From: Octopus sinensis
Lineage: Eukaryota
Assembly: GCF_006345805.1 (NCBI RefSeq)
Contig: NC_043005.1
Coordinates: 81,468,001 to 81,532,000, forward strand
Reading direction: 5' to 3'
Length of the DNA stretch: 64,000 nt
The notes beneath the pieces are model-generated. The model saw nothing but the letters and a program-made list of their open reading frames with translations. It made no database searches and was not told where the DNA came from. A program made the translations under genes and the position numbers. Of the stretch, positions 37,453 to 52,707 are shown one piece after another (the first letter of the stretch is position 1; each line of letters begins with the position of its first letter).

Positions 37453-40027
37453 ATTATGAAATTTGGGGGACGCTGGAAGAAAAGGCCGACGGATAGATAA
37501 AAGAATGGTTTGTTTCAAGGTTTAGGCATTGCTGTGCGGTTAAAAATATGATTTTAGTTTCATTACCACTAAATGGTATATTGTGCAAAAAAATTCTACA
37601 ATAACCCCGGTTCGATCAATACCTTGTTAATATATTTGGTTAAAGGAAGTTGTGGGGAAGCCTATCGTATCTATGTGTATGTGTTCATGTTTGTCCTCCA
37701 CCTCTGCTTGAAAAGCGATTTTGGTTTGTTTATATCCCTGTAACTTAAAGGTTTAGAAGTGCAATGATTAAGATAATTAAAAAAAACAATTTTCTCCGAA
37801 AATATTTGCTTATGGAAATGTTAGCGATGTGTATAGAGCAACGGCACAGTATTGCAAGGGGTTGTCCGAGCATTGTTGACTTGTGGAGATATGTCGAATC
37901 ACAAGTCCACTGTGAAAAGCACACCACCAACTTTTATTAATGAAAGAGGCTCGGCAGGTAATGTTCACCTATTCAGGTGACTATAGCAAGACACTTGATG
38001 GACGGGGCTGAAAATATTCCCCTTTCGCCAAGCCTCCATGAACTTGTTTTTGTTCAAGTTCTATTTCAAAGAGCAAGTGACGAGGGAGTGAGAGGTGTTA
38101 TTCTCCAGTGAATTTCACAAATGTTCGGTGCCTGTGACGAAAATGATTAGGGCGCGTGTAAATAATTTATGCAGGTGTTTGAAGATTAGAGAAAACCTGG
38201 GTAAGAGCTCGCCCTTTTTCTGTTCACGATGACACTGCACCTGTGGGGTTCCTTGACTGGCGGTTGATGCTTCTTGTATCAGAATGATTTTATCATCCAA
38301 GCATTTGTATGATTTGCAAAATACGAAAAAAATGTATTTCCTTTCTCCTTATTTCTCATTTTCCCTACTCTCTGTTTCATATAAGCCTCAACATGAATTC
38401 TAACTTGTACTAATAATATCCCATTGCATTCGGATGCACTGGGTCGCAAATAAAATAAATCATCACCACCACCACGATCATCATCACCATAACCGTTGAT
38501 TATTTCCTCTAATATTTCTAGTGTTGTCCCAATCATAAAAACTATTAGTTTAGTATTATTAATTTAATTTGTACGCAATTCATCCCACAAGACGATCAAA
38601 GTGTTTGCATAAAATCGCTAAAAGAATCGAAACACAGATCCTAGGAGAAAAAAAGTAAGAAAGGAATAAGAAAAGGAGATATGAAAAGAATTGAGGCGAA
38701 TTGAATATATTCAAGATAAAATAGTGTGTTTTCATTTAATACAAAAGTACTATAAACTTCAAATTTCTTCCTTGTAATAGTTGTGTCTATTGGAGGAGCC
38801 ACATGTATTTAATATAATCCGGTCATACATTTATATCACATGGCAAAGAATTCATAAATAGGGGTTGTGTTCGCAACAGATCCCCTAAATTAATGATTGC
38901 AGGTGGAGTAAAATACCACAATTGCTGAATCACATATCGTACTATGAGATGTAGGAACTGAGGCTACTAAATTTAGAATGTAGTTTAAAATTAAATATAC
39001 AACTGAGGGAGATCGTTATGTCAATAATAAACACAAGCACTGTCTTTTTTTACTTCCTTATTTGTCCTTGTCAATTGATTATCTATTTAACCAATTAATT
39101 GAGTCATTGTTCGGTCGGTTAATCAGGTTGTGGATCAAAGTCCTTTCGTTGACGTTCGTGACCTCATCAATGCCATACCCTCTCTGTTCCAGGTCTACTT
39201 CAAGTCCTTCTGCCAATCTCCAAGTTTACAGAAACTATATCTATATTTAAATGGATGTGAGAATGTAAGTAGGAACGGGCGGAAATAATACACAAAAAAT
39301 ATGTTTCAACACAAGAGTTCACATCAAGAACCTTGCAAACCAAATTAAAGAACGTAATAGAAAAAGAATATGACAAATATTTCGAGACGAATGAAAGATG
39401 TTCGGGCTGAAATGGTATATTTATAATAGAATCCGAAACTAATATAGGCAGATAATTAATTTCTATCTGTTTGAAAATCTCAGAAACGGAGAGTGAGCTT
39501 CAAAAGTGTTCCCTTAAATGAGTAATTGATAACGGCATAGAGCATAGCAATTACTGAATCGCACATATTAGTGTAACTAAGTGCAATAAATCCTCCAAGT
39601 ACTTTCGTGCAGACTTAAATAAACATTATGTATATTCTAATATATATGTATGTGTGTGATTGTGTGTGTGCTTGTGTGTGTACTTTGAATATTATTCGAA
39701 CAGAAACATATTTCGTGTTTCAGTATGCTATATAGTATTGCAATATGCAAAGAAAACTGTTGTAATGATTCCAGCTATGTTTAATATTGTACTATCAATC
39801 TTAAACCAAATCGCATTGTAAGAACCTACAGGCAATAAAGCACAACAATATGTTTGATATTGAATTCTCTCAGGAAGTTTCTGGCGCAGCTGATATGGAA
39901 TAATCAAATATCCCTAAGAGGTAATTATTTTTTAAGTACATTTTGTACGCCACCGCGAAAGATTTTGCTAGTGACAGTATGTCATATAGGATTCAATAAT
40001 ATTTATTATGATCATTGCTACACTTTG

Positions 40028-40071
<44 letters not shown>

Positions 40072-40546
40072 TTATCTATTTATTAATATACATATATGGA
40101 CATACATGAATACATACATATATGCGTGTGTATGCATTGGTGTGTGAGTATATATTTCTATAGTAGTAGTAGTAGTTTTATTATTAGTAGTAGTAGTTTT
40201 ATTAGTAGTAGTAGTTGTAGTAGTAGTAGTAGATATTTAAAGTATGAAGCAGATCTTACATTAAGCACAGATAAGAGATAAGAGAAATGAGGTGTGGGAG
40301 TAGAGATGCTTGTTCAACTACATTCGAATATTACTGTGGCCATGCTGGGGCACCGCATTGAAGAATTTTCCGTCGAATGAATCAATCCCATTATTCAATA
40401 TTTTAAAGCCTGGTACTTGTTCTACCCGTCTCTTTTTGCCGAAGTACTAGATTACAGTGACGTAAACAAACCAACACCGGTTGTCAAGCAGGTTCTTTTT
40501 TAAACGCTAAAACTCGTAATAAAAAACTTCAAGAAAAATAAACAAC

Positions 40547-40956
40547 AGGCGTAGGAGTGGCTGTGTAGTAAGCAGCTTGCTTACTAACCACATAGTTCCG
40601 GGTTCAGTCCCACTGCGTGGCATCTTGGGCAAGTGTTTTCTACTATAACCTCGGGTCGACCAAAACCTTGTGAGTGGATTTGGCAGACGGAAACTGAAAG
40701 AAGCCCGTCGTATATATGTATATATATATATGTGTGTGTGTATATATATATGTTTGTGTGCCCGTGTTTGTCCTCCTCAACATCGCTTGACAACCGATGC
40801 TGGAGCGTTTACGTCTCCGTAACTTAGCGGTTCGGCAAAAGGACCGATAGAATAAGTACTAGGCTTACAAAGAATAAGTCCTGGGGTCGATTTGCTCGAC
40901 TAAAGGCGGTGTTCCAGCATGGCTACAGGGAAATGACTGAAACAAGTAAAAGAGTA
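40547..40956 (+). mobile_element. SINE B, full-length
   Basis: AGGCGTAGGAGTGGCTGTGT... internal (TA)(TG) ...GGCGGTGTTCCAGCATGGCTACAG..GACTGAAACAAGTAAAAGAG. Confidence 0.88.
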
Positions 40957-41039
40957 ACAATTACACGAGAGAAAGTATCCGCCAATGTTAATAGTCGACC
41001 GAATAGAGCGCACCAAAGCAGAGAATTTTGAAAAACGAA

Positions 41040-41700
41040 AAAAAAAAAAAACACTTCTGATACACCCAATACTCTACCCTTCATTACAACACACAACCCC
41101 CAAAAAACACAGAGTTCTGAAACATTATCTGCCAGAACAAGACCCAAGACATGACCCAAGAACGCGGGTCTTGAGCCAAGAGCCAAGAATGAAACATGCA
41201 CTAGAAATACACAAAATCATGTAAAATAAAAGAGAATCAAAATCCCTCAAAAAACTGCTCACCAGTTCTAAATTACCCTCCACAAACCTTACACCAACTC
41301 TCAAAATGTGTGGCCGTCCTAACTGCGGCAGTTGCATCAACATCATTGAAGACGATATATATGATTTCAAAGCAGGACATATTTTTACCATAAAAATATC
41401 ATTTTATCTGATCATCAAAAACTGTAATATATACGATTAAATGATAAGGATGTAACGAAGTTAACATAGGTCAAACAAAACTCACTCTTAGAAATATACT
41501 TACTATTCGTAGGCAACAAATACGGAACCGCAGTCCGAGGTAGATACCATTTAGTGGACACATAGACATATACAAAACTTAAGTCTCCCAAGTTCCAAGT
41601 CTTTCTATTTACCTTTGTTCAGTTAATACTACACACCCAGCACGGAGAAACAAAGAAAATATATTCAAAGAAAAGGTCAAACTAAGACTAGATAAACTTT
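41040..41700 (+). mobile_element. Old degraded PLE fragment (C-terminal linker + GIY-YIG region)
   Basis: Hand translation across frames gives LPFITTHNP, SLKKLLTSSKL, CGRPNCGSC, TVIYTIK..GCNEVNIGQT, PFSGHID. Multiple stops and frameshifts. Confidence 0.7.
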
Positions 41701-42422
41701 AACAAACGCTATTGACGAACAGTTTTTCACACACAACCTCATTCTACTGTTTGACGTGTTGAATTTATACAGCTGACAACCTAAACATTGGACACAATCA
41801 TGACTGCTAGTTGGCAGATTCTAGAGATACGTAAGTGTTGAATGGCTAGAAAAAATGATGTGTTGCAGTTACTGTTTATACCTCACTCAGAGATTTATTA
41901 TTGAAACACTTAATAGCCAAATTTGATGCCTGCATACATTAGCACAAACTATAACTGTTCAACGACTAGACTACATAGAAATAACTCCAGTCCACTCTAC
42001 CACTCGACAGATTAGATTTAGAGAACTTTAATTTGAGATTGTCGCTAGACTTATTCATTCAACTGTGGCAGTCTTCATTTTCGCCGCAAAAGTTATTGTC
42101 ACATATTAACGCACGGTCGTAGAGGGATAACTACACAAATTTCTAAGATGACTAGATCTTCCTCTACTACCTTTGACAGATAACATTCAGATAGCTCTGA
42201 CTGCTAGTGAGTGTCACTAGACATGTTCATTCAACCGTAACCTAAGGTGCTGGAATGATGATTGTCTGGAGCTGCCAACGTTAGAGTGAATTTTAATAAA
42301 GATATATTTCAACAAAATTTGATCCCTTTTACATATTTATATGTGTGTGAGTGTGTGTCTGTATATGCAAATTTATACATGTTCATATTCATGTACGTGT
42401 ATGAATGTTTATACATATATAC

Positions 42423-42501
<79 letters not shown>

Positions 42502-42504
42502 TAT

Positions 42505-42989
<485 letters not shown>

Positions 42990-43019
<30 letters not shown>

Positions 43020-43211
43020 ATGTATATATATATATAAATATATATGTATGTATGTATATGTATATATATATATAAATATATATGTATGTATGTATATGTA
43101 TATATATATATAAATATATATGTATGTATGTATATGTATATATATATATATATAAATATATATGTATGTATATATGTATATATGTATGTATGTATATGTA
43201 TATATATATAA

Positions 43212-43246
<35 letters not shown>

Positions 43247-43275
43247 TGTATTATATATATATATATATATTATAT

Positions 43276-43307
<32 letters not shown>
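42990..43307. repeat. (TA)n/(TATG)n microsatellite
   Basis: Direct inspection. Confidence 0.95.
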
Positions 43308-43308
<1 letters not shown>

Positions 43309-43570
43309 GCTGTTGAACAAGGACAAATTTGAATTAATCCACTTCGGAAAAGAAGATACCCTGAAAATCCCATACACACTTCCTTCACGTGAAACTCTCA
43401 TGGCATCCAACAACATCAGATACTTGGAAGTAATTGTGGACAACAAAATAAGCTAGGCCACTCATAAACGGCAAAGTTGATATGGCCCGCAGAATGTGCT
43501 CCTGCACTCTCAAAACTTTACAGTCGAGAGATATCCAAACCATTATCCTTCTCTTCTCTACAGACCACAT
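43308..43570 (+). mobile_element. Degraded CR1/L2-type LINE RT fragment
   Basis: [14 protein letters not shown]...[15 protein letters not shown] parallels the MQFNAGKFQ...RDLGI segment of the 7073-7966 element. Contains stops. Confidence 0.7.
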
Positions 43571-44989
43571 AAAGTTCAAGAACTCTTTGGATAAATTCCT
43601 TCAAAAATTCCCAGATTAACCTCCTACACTCGGATATGTCTCCATAAACAGTAACTCTTTCCTCGAATGGGTCATGTTGTCCGATTCCTGATTTGAATGG
43701 CTTTGCCAAGTGGTGCTATTAGACATGGCCTATTAAGTTATATCTATCTATCTATCTATCTATCTATATATATATATATATATATACAATAATTTTATAG
43801 TAATAAAAATTATTATTATTATTATATTTATATATGTATTATTTATATTACATATATATATGTATTATATAAACACACACACACGTATATGTATGTGCAT
43901 ATGTGGGCACATATACATATACAAATATATATGTAGGCATATATATATATATATATACATACATAAATATGTGTGTGTGTGTTTGCATACACTTATGTAT
44001 GTACATATACATATACTCACTTGTGTGAGTGATGTATACACATACTCACGCACACTTAAATATATACATACGACGGGCTTCTTTCAGTTTCTGCCAATCA
44101 AATCCACTTATAAATCTTTGGTCGGCCCAAGGCTGCAGTAGAAAACATTTTCCTGGGGCGTCACGTTGTGGGATTGAACCTCAAAAGTTCGTGTTTGGAA
44201 AACACGTGCAGGCACATATATACACACTATTTTATTTATTCACTTATTTTTTTCAATTTCTTAGGCTTATATAATGAGCTTGTGTTACTGAAGCGATACA
44301 AGATTAAAACCTATGTCATACTTTATTAGCTCAAATACCGTTAATATTTCAATGTGTCTGCTTTGATATTTTTATAATAAAGATCTAATTTATTTTGAAA
44401 CGCTATTGATGTGGGTACTGTAAACATCAAATCAAATATATCACTAACAAAGCACATGTGCATACACTGAAAATACATAAAAACATACACTCTTATCCAC
44501 GTACGCGGAAGTAGATAAAGAGGTAGGAATGTAGATAGGCGGAAATTGGTAAAAACAAAATAATATATTAAAAATAACAACACAAACGACAAGATGTTTT
44601 TTAGGTTCATGCTAAAACTGAAAGAAATATTTTTGACGTTTCATATGTAAGTCCTTCTTCAGAAAGACGGACAGAGAGTAATAGACTAAAAAAGAACCCG
44701 TTGTTCGCTATCAATATATTTATATTACAGGAGTTGTATTTTATTCATGTGTGCGTCTATGTACATATGTACACATGCACACATCATAACACAACCACCA
44801 CCACCTCCAACACCACCATCAACACTATCTCAGACATTCACACGAAATCAAACGAAATATGCGCATGTATGTGTCAAATTGCCTGTCTTTGTGTCTCTCT
44901 GTGTGACATGATATATATGTATACGTGTAATTGTCTCTCTGTTTCTCTCTGCCTCCCAATCTATCAAATCTCTCTCTATACATGTGTGT

Positions 44990-45037
<48 letters not shown>

Positions 45038-45168
45038 GAAATGAAGTAATCAGAAGATCGGATGGTTCATATTTATAGATATTTATTTATATATTACATT
45101 TTTTACATATATATCATATCATTCAGATCATTAGCGCTTTCTCCCATTCTAGTGGGGTTTTCAAATCA

Positions 45169-45199
<31 letters not shown>

Positions 45200-45482
45200 T
45201 ATATGTAAACACATAGATATATACACATTTATACAAATATATGTCAAGTAATGTGGTTCATTTCCCTTTATTATTTCTCCCCACCAAAAGAATTTCGGTC
45301 CTTTGGTCTATGTTCGGCATAATAGTAATATTTTCCTGCTCTTGAAAATATATATCCAACCACAATCTAAAGAACCAGCAGCACAATATAGCTGATGTTC
45401 TAACACAGTTTAATGTTGAATAGCAATGAGTTATGTTGATGTCACCACAAAAATGGATTATATCCTGGTGATTATGTTGTGC

Positions 45483-45880
45483 AAGGCGGCGAGCTGGCAG
45501 AAACGTTAGCACGCCGGTTAAATGCTTAGCGGTATTTCGACTGTCGCTACGTTCTGAGTTCAAATTCCGCCGAGGTCGACTTTGCCTTTCATCCTTTCGG
45601 GGTCGCTAAATTAAGTACCAATTACGCACTGGGGTCGATGTAATCGACTTAATCCGTTTGTCTGTCCTTGCTTGTCCCTTTTGTGTTTAGCCCCTTGTAT
45701 GTAGTAAAGAAATTGGTATTTCGTCTGCCTTTACCTTCTGAGTTCAAATTCCACCGAGGTCGACTTTGCCTTTCATCCTTTCGGTGTCAATAAACTAAAC
45801 ATCATTTGCTTACTTGGGTCAATGTAATCGACTGGCCCTTTTCCCCAAAATTTCGGGCCTTTTACTTAGAGCTGAAAATA
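45483..45880 (+). mobile_element. SINE A dimer (second body ends in the alternative tail)
   Basis: Junction GAAATTGGTATTTC at 45709-45722. Confidence 0.85.
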
Positions 45881-46447
45881 TTAAGTTGCTTTGCACGATG
45901 TTCAAAATTATTAGACAGGTAGGTCTTTTATAAATTTTTGACATATTTCATGTGGAGGTGACATCTTAGTTGAATTGTATGGGATTACAATCCTGCTTTG
46001 CGCTTTTGTAAGTAATTAGGAAGCAATTACTGTTTTTGTTGCGTCCCAATATCCATCATTCATTTAAAAATGCTTTTATGTTTCAAGGACGAACTAGACT
46101 GCTCACAGCTTTTGAATTGAATTTGTTGACTCTGATATCGTGTAAAAGTGAAATTAACTGCAAGCTTCCCTGCGGCCTTGAATGAACAGAGTAGCATTTT
46201 TCCGTAAGCATAAATGAATCCAATATGTATACAAGGTAAAATAACACGTATTTCCATCGTCAACACATTGTTTTGTTCCCGGTTTAATATGAACATTTTT
46301 TTCTAATCCCGCTGTCTTTATGCAAACATAATATTCATCTCTCGTAAGTTATCAAAATTCTCTAAGTGGCTTCGCCTCAGTTAAGGGTATTTCGCTAAAA
46401 AATTACATATTTTATTTTTTCATTTTTCCTTTTGTAGTTCATTTCAT

Positions 46448-46461
46448 CTCTCTCTCTCTCT

Positions 46462-46508
<47 letters not shown>

Positions 46509-46561
46509 TTTGTATATATGGACATATATATATATGACTAAACATATAATGTATATATATG

Positions 46562-46592
<31 letters not shown>

Positions 46593-46651
46593 TATATATA
46601 TAAATATATGAATTGTATATATGGACATATATATATATGACTAAACATATA

Positions 46652-46694
<43 letters not shown>

Positions 46695-46962
46695 ATCTAT
46701 ATATATATATATGAATTTGTATATATGGACATATATATATATGACTAAACATATAATGTATATATATGTATATATATATATATAATATATATATATATGC
46801 ATATAGGAATATATATATATTATATATATATATATATATGTATGCATATAGGAATATATATATATATATTATATATATGTATGCATATAGGAATATATAT
46901 ATATATATATATATGTATGCATATAGGAATATATATATATATATATATATGTATGCATATAG

Positions 46963-47006
<44 letters not shown>

Positions 47007-47015
47007 TATATATAA
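46448..47015. repeat. (TA)n tract with higher-order units (GAATTTGTATATATGGACAT..GACTAAACATATAATG x3; GCATATAGGAATAT x5)
   Basis: Direct inspection. Confidence 0.93.
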
Positions 47016-47457
47016 ATAAATAAGCTTAAATGAAATTGGGAGCTGATTTTTTTATATCTCGTTAAAATCCAATACATTATTGCTTCAATTGAATCACAAT
47101 AAATGGATTGAGTTTTCATATAGATAAATTAGCGAAAACGAATGCAGCAGAATATTTGGCGCTTGCACACACCTCATGTATGTGATCGTGTGTAAACGAT
47201 AAAGTTGCTGCTAAACAGAAGTTGCAGCCCGAAAGCTCGAAATTTTAGTATAGACTAAAATGTATTACAACTTCTCTGGTTTACCTTGTCTTGGACAGCT
47301 CCTTCAGATAATGACACTAATGAAGTTGATAAGTTACGTAATAGCGTGCGTGTCAACTGATGACCAGCATGCGTTTACCCAGCACCACGACTTAACGTAT
47401 ATCTACAAAGAGCAACATACACGCTCATATATATGACGTATATCTAATGACATACAG

Positions 47458-47783
47458 ATGCAGTAATGGCTGTGTGGTAAGTAGCTTGCTTACCAACCAT
47501 ATGGTTCCGGGTTCATTCCCACTGCGTGGCACCTTGGGTAAGTGTCTTCTACTATAGCCTCGGGCCGACCAAAGCTTTGTGAGTGGATTTGGTAGACGGA
47601 AACTGAAAGAAGCCCATCGTATATATGTATATATATATATAATCAATATAGGGTGGCAAAAAATTTTGTAGAAATTTTTTTTGCCACCAGCGGCCTAGTG
47701 GGAAAAATTAATGTTATTTTGCGGTTGAAGCTTTGGCTGTTATTTCTAGTGGGTGAATGGCCTATTATGGCCGTTCCTTGATT

Positions 47784-47829
<46 letters not shown>

Positions 47830-48055
47830 AGTGTGTGTGTTTGTGTGTGTGTGTGTGTGCGTATGTGTGTTTGTGTGTCTGTGCTTGTCCCCCAAATATC
47901 GCTTGACAACCGATGCTGGTGTGTTTAAGTCTCCGTAAATTAGCGGTTCGGCAAAAGAGACCGATAGAATAAGTACTAAGCTTACAAAGAATAAGTCTTG
48001 GGGTCGATTTGCTCGATTTGTTTCAGTCAAATGACTGAAACAATTAAAAGATTAA
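47458..48055 (+). mobile_element. SINE B interrupted by a ~150-bp insertion (47641-47788) inside its (TA)n
   Basis: Head 47458-47625 and tail 47860-48055 flank foreign sequence. Confidence 0.8.
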
Positions 48056-49320
48056 CAGAGTAAGAGATTTACAAAATATGATTAAAGTATTTGAGCCAGC
48101 TTATCTTCAGTATTAATGTATTAACATATCTCCAACTATAATCATTCCTAAGACAATGACACGTACTAAACATTATCTCTGTGCTGTTTATGAATATATG
48201 ATTCGTTTGATATCAAACGTATATCGTTCGTTTCACATCAAATGCCGCATATATATAAGAAGCCACTTCATTTCAGTGAAAACGAATAAGCAAATAAGCG
48301 AGATCATGTGAGTGATATTACTGATTTCAGAAACGTAAGATCATAAAACAGTAATTATCTTGATAGCAGTGCCGTGGATTATACTGGTGAGTGAGATTGT
48401 GTTGATCAAAGAAAAGTTGGTGCCTCTTGAGGTGACAGCTAATGGATTCCAAGCGTTTTTCCTTTTTATGTAAATCCGACCACGTGGAATATATAACGGA
48501 ATTGCGTATGTACATTCTATGAGATATCGGCCAATTTTGCCTCGCCATAAACATCTACGTAACTACATTCCAATTATATGCAGTAGTAGATTACTATATG
48601 TTAAAAGGACGTATTAAAGTTAGCTTAGTGGCTAACTTACATTATAGACGGAGATGATTAATGCATGCGTCAATCCGCTAATTACGAGCTATGAATTTAA
48701 AGACATCAAGCTTATTATTCTTTTTAATATGCTCTTTATACTTTATGCTGCAATGTTCAAGTCAATCATTCAGCTCATCAGTACGCATGTTTGCATTGAC
48801 ATTAGATATGAAACAGCTCGCGACTAAACTATGTCGTTTGGAAATTTCATAAAAAGTTTATAACATGTACATTTATCACTGTTCCAAACTGATAGACGGC
48901 TCTACGTCACAAAGGTAGAAATAGTATGTGCTTATCAAATGCACACACATAAAAACATAGAGACACAGACACACACATACATACGCACATACATGTATGG
49001 ATAAATGCATGCGAGAGATGGTGGTGGTGGTGTGCTATTTTATACCGGATTACATTTCTATACTCATATATTGTAACGAGGTACATCTTATCACCTGAGG
49101 AGACACATCGACACCGTCAGATACACCTAAACAAGACGTTCAGTATCCCATAGTATCGATGCTAAATGAGTCGAAACAAATGATCAACATTCTCGTATCT
49201 TCCATCTCTCACATTAATCAAATGCCCAACGATCACTAAGTGAACGTGCTTTAGCAGTAATCAACCGGGTCTATACCATTCGATTTATTAACTAATAATA
49301 ATACATACATACATACATAA

Positions 49321-49372
<52 letters not shown>

Positions 49373-49381
49373 ATATGTGAC

Positions 49382-50348
49382 TTCGTCCGTTTTTCTGTCC
49401 TTCTTTCGTTTACATTCGATCCTTTTTCCAAGAAATCTAATGCTCACAGCTTAGTTTTCATTGGGGCTGGCCGTGTCGGAGCAATATCAGGATTAATCAG
49501 CCGAAATTTGCTATGATGATCCAGTTTCTGACTGAAGATTAAAAGCATCGAATAACCCGTCCGTTTTTTGTGTTAGTCTCTTCGTGTATTTCACGTTCTT
49601 GTTTTTTTATATTTAATTTTTATACCTATATTATTGCGGCGTTACGTACACCTCGTTCCCTTATGTATGCTTACATTCCACCCTTGTAGGACTTCTACAA
49701 ACTTTCTCTATACCTCACTTTCTGTCTTTCTCTTTCTCGCCTCTGATTCTTTGGTCTCCCTCTTCCCCCCTCTTCCTTCCATCCTCTTTAATTCCTTCAT
49801 TCTCTCTCTCTCCCTACTCTCACGTGACCTGGTCAATCCTTGGCGCGCTCTGTTTCTTCCACCCTCTTTAATTCCTTCTCTCTCTTTCTCTCTCTCTCTC
49901 TCTCTACCCCCATGTGACCTGCTGAATAACCAGCCATTCCGTTGGTGGCCGCTGCCGGTTCAACATTGTTTTCGTCAGCCGAAAAGGCAATTTTTCCAAA
50001 CACGACTGCTAGATAAGTTAAATTTGTATAAATTTGTCTAAAGTCGTAAGACACCTGCTGTTATCCTGTTATTACCATTCTTGTTTTTGTTTTTATTTTT
50101 ATTTTTGTATTTTGTATTTATATTCGTCCGTTTTTCTGTCCTTGTTTCGTTTACATTCGATCCTTTTTCCAAGAAATCTAATGCTCGCAGCTTAGTTTTC
50201 ATTGGGGCTGGCCGTGTCGGAGCAATATCAGGATTAATCAGCCGAAATTTGCTATGATGATCCGGTTTCTGACTGAAGATTAAAGGCTTCGAATGACCCG
50301 TCCGTTTTTTTGTGTTCGTCTCTTTGTGTATTTTACGTTCTTGTTTTT
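49382..50348. mobile_element. Non-coding element with ~226-bp direct terminal repeats (49382-49607, 50123-50348); probably PLE-derived
   Basis: The repeats differ at about 10 positions. They flank a pyrimidine-rich ~515-bp core and sit between (TA)n tracts. Each contains CTGAAGA...CGAAT. Confidence 0.7.
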
Positions 50349-50644
50349 ATATATATATATATATATATTTCTGTCTCTTTTTTCGCCTATATGTATAGAG
50401 AGAGGAGGAGTAAGACAGAGAGAGAAAGAGAGAGAGAGAGAACTGAGGTAGAAAGTACGGGATAAGCAGAAATAAATAAATAGATGTATATCTTACTATT
50501 TTCAATTAGCAGAAGATATAAAGAGTTCGAAGTCTTGCGAGTTTGTGTCACTTTGGAGCTGCAGCCACGTACAAGTAACATGATCCTCCTTACAGCTTCT
50601 ACACCTCCTTTTCCTTTACATCCTCCCCTTCTTCCCTTCTTCTT

Positions 50645-50830
50645 CTCCTCCTCATCATCAACAACAACAACAGAGACAAGTACAACAACAACAATAATAA
50701 TAACAATAACAATAATAATAATAATAATAATAATAATTATTATTATTATTATTATTATTTTAATTATTATTATTATGATCATTATAATTATTATTATTAA
50801 TATTAACATTATTATAACAATAGAAATAAT
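50645..50830. repeat. (CAA)n/(AAT)n/(TAT)n trinucleotide tract
   Basis: Direct inspection. Confidence 0.93.
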
Positions 50831-51672
50831 AATGTACAAACTGACAGCTGCCCAATGTACAAGACATATAAAGATGTAGGCAAACTAAATTATCCTGGAA
50901 ATGGCTCTCTCTGGAATCAGTAGGATTAGAAGTGACATCTGAAGGGAGCTGACTCGGCTCCTTTAACAATGCACAGAATAAGTTTAGAAACAGTAAACCT
51001 TTAGATATTCGCATCTTCCTTTACATCTGTCAAAATATCCATTATGTATGTGTTTCATCTTCTTCAATGTCTTTCAAGTTAAATCAGCTTTATATCTAAA
51101 AATCGAAGCTAACGCTGTCATCCGTTCCATGTTGAACCCTTGTGATCTACCATTCTTACCCATGGAAATCGGAAGTAGTTCGAGTAAGAACGATTTAACA
51201 TAAGCGGCCTTACGTAATCATGGATTTCCGCCATTTTCTACGTATCTTCTGACCTTTTTTGACAATGAGTGCTACGTTTTTCTAAAGTAGTTTATGGTAT
51301 AAAGATTCACATTTCCAATTACATGCTTACACAGCAAAAGGTTTAGAAGCTTCTAGAAAGTAACTGATGTTTGATATTTTCAATATTTGCGCAAGTTTTA
51401 CAGTATATACGTGCCAGTGTTTCCTTTTTTTTTTCTGATCCTATTTTCAATTGTCTTTCTTTTCGATTTGTTCAATCTCCATTCTCCGTAATATATATTA
51501 ATGCATATGTATGTTTATGTGTTCGATTGTTCCAATCTATATATTTATATGGTCTAAATTTGTACATACATTTATACATACATATGCATATGATTATATG
51601 CACACACACACGCACATATATATGTATGTATGTATGTTTGAGTGTGTGTGTAGGTATATATATATATATGTG

Positions 51673-51707
<35 letters not shown>

Positions 51708-51720
51708 AGGTGTGTGTATG

Positions 51721-51761
<41 letters not shown>

Positions 51762-52636
51762 AGAAAAAGGAGGGAGTCAGAATTTTGGGTAAATCATTAT
51801 TATGCCTTCGTTCGTTTATCGATTTCGTCAAGACAAAAATCAAAATCAAAATGGTAAAAACAGACCGTTTCGTCGTTCACTTATATGAATCGGATGCTCT
51901 TTTGCTTTGTTTAGAATAGGAGAAAAATGTTTTTGTTTTGTTGAGAAAAGGGGATAGAGAGAAAAAAACAAAGAGTAGGGTAATAGATAGAGAGGGGCGA
52001 GGTTTCAAGGTAATGAAGAAAAAGAAAAATTAATAAAAGATGGAGAAAGGATAGTTAGATAGATATCAATTTAACATTCTTAGGAAAAGCTTACATAAAA
52101 AGACGCACATAGGCTATACATAAGTAGATTTACAAGTACGCAGATAAGACTGTATATGATGAAACAGCGCCGTTCATCGATGAGGATTGAATTGTTATAC
52201 CAAGTTAATTACCTGCTTTTAAATTAATGTGTGAACGCCTGTGCATTCCACAGACATATGCACTCTTAACGTGACACAGAATGTATCTAGCGATGTGCCT
52301 TTAGAAACATAAGTGTAAGCCATTCGATGCATTTCTATACGGTTACCATCTACATGTTTTTGGGCAAACCAAGTCTATAAGAAGTGATATCCGTCCAAAC
52401 AGTCTGATGAAAGCTAGCAAGACAAAACTTCGAAGTCAATGTTTGCGCTTCTGTTTGTGAAAATGGAAACTATAATGTATTAAATGAGTATTGATTAATC
52501 CTTTCATATAATAATAATAATAATAATATTTCTGTGTGTTTAACTTGATGAAAAATATCAAATCCATGCAAATATAGTTTGCATGGAAGAAACAAGGTGT
52601 TACAGAACACAGTTCGAAACACTTATATGCGTGAGT

Positions 52637-52707
<71 letters not shown>

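Noticed and set aside
39070-39230. Minus-strand reading WRLAEGLEVDLEQRGYGIDEVTNVNERTLIHNL.. as coding
   Set aside because: It is a short stop-free stretch with no recognisable family similarity or splice pair.
51228-51237. CCGCCATTTT YY1-like motif as a promoter
   Set aside because: It is an isolated short motif with no CpG-rich context or transcript evidence.
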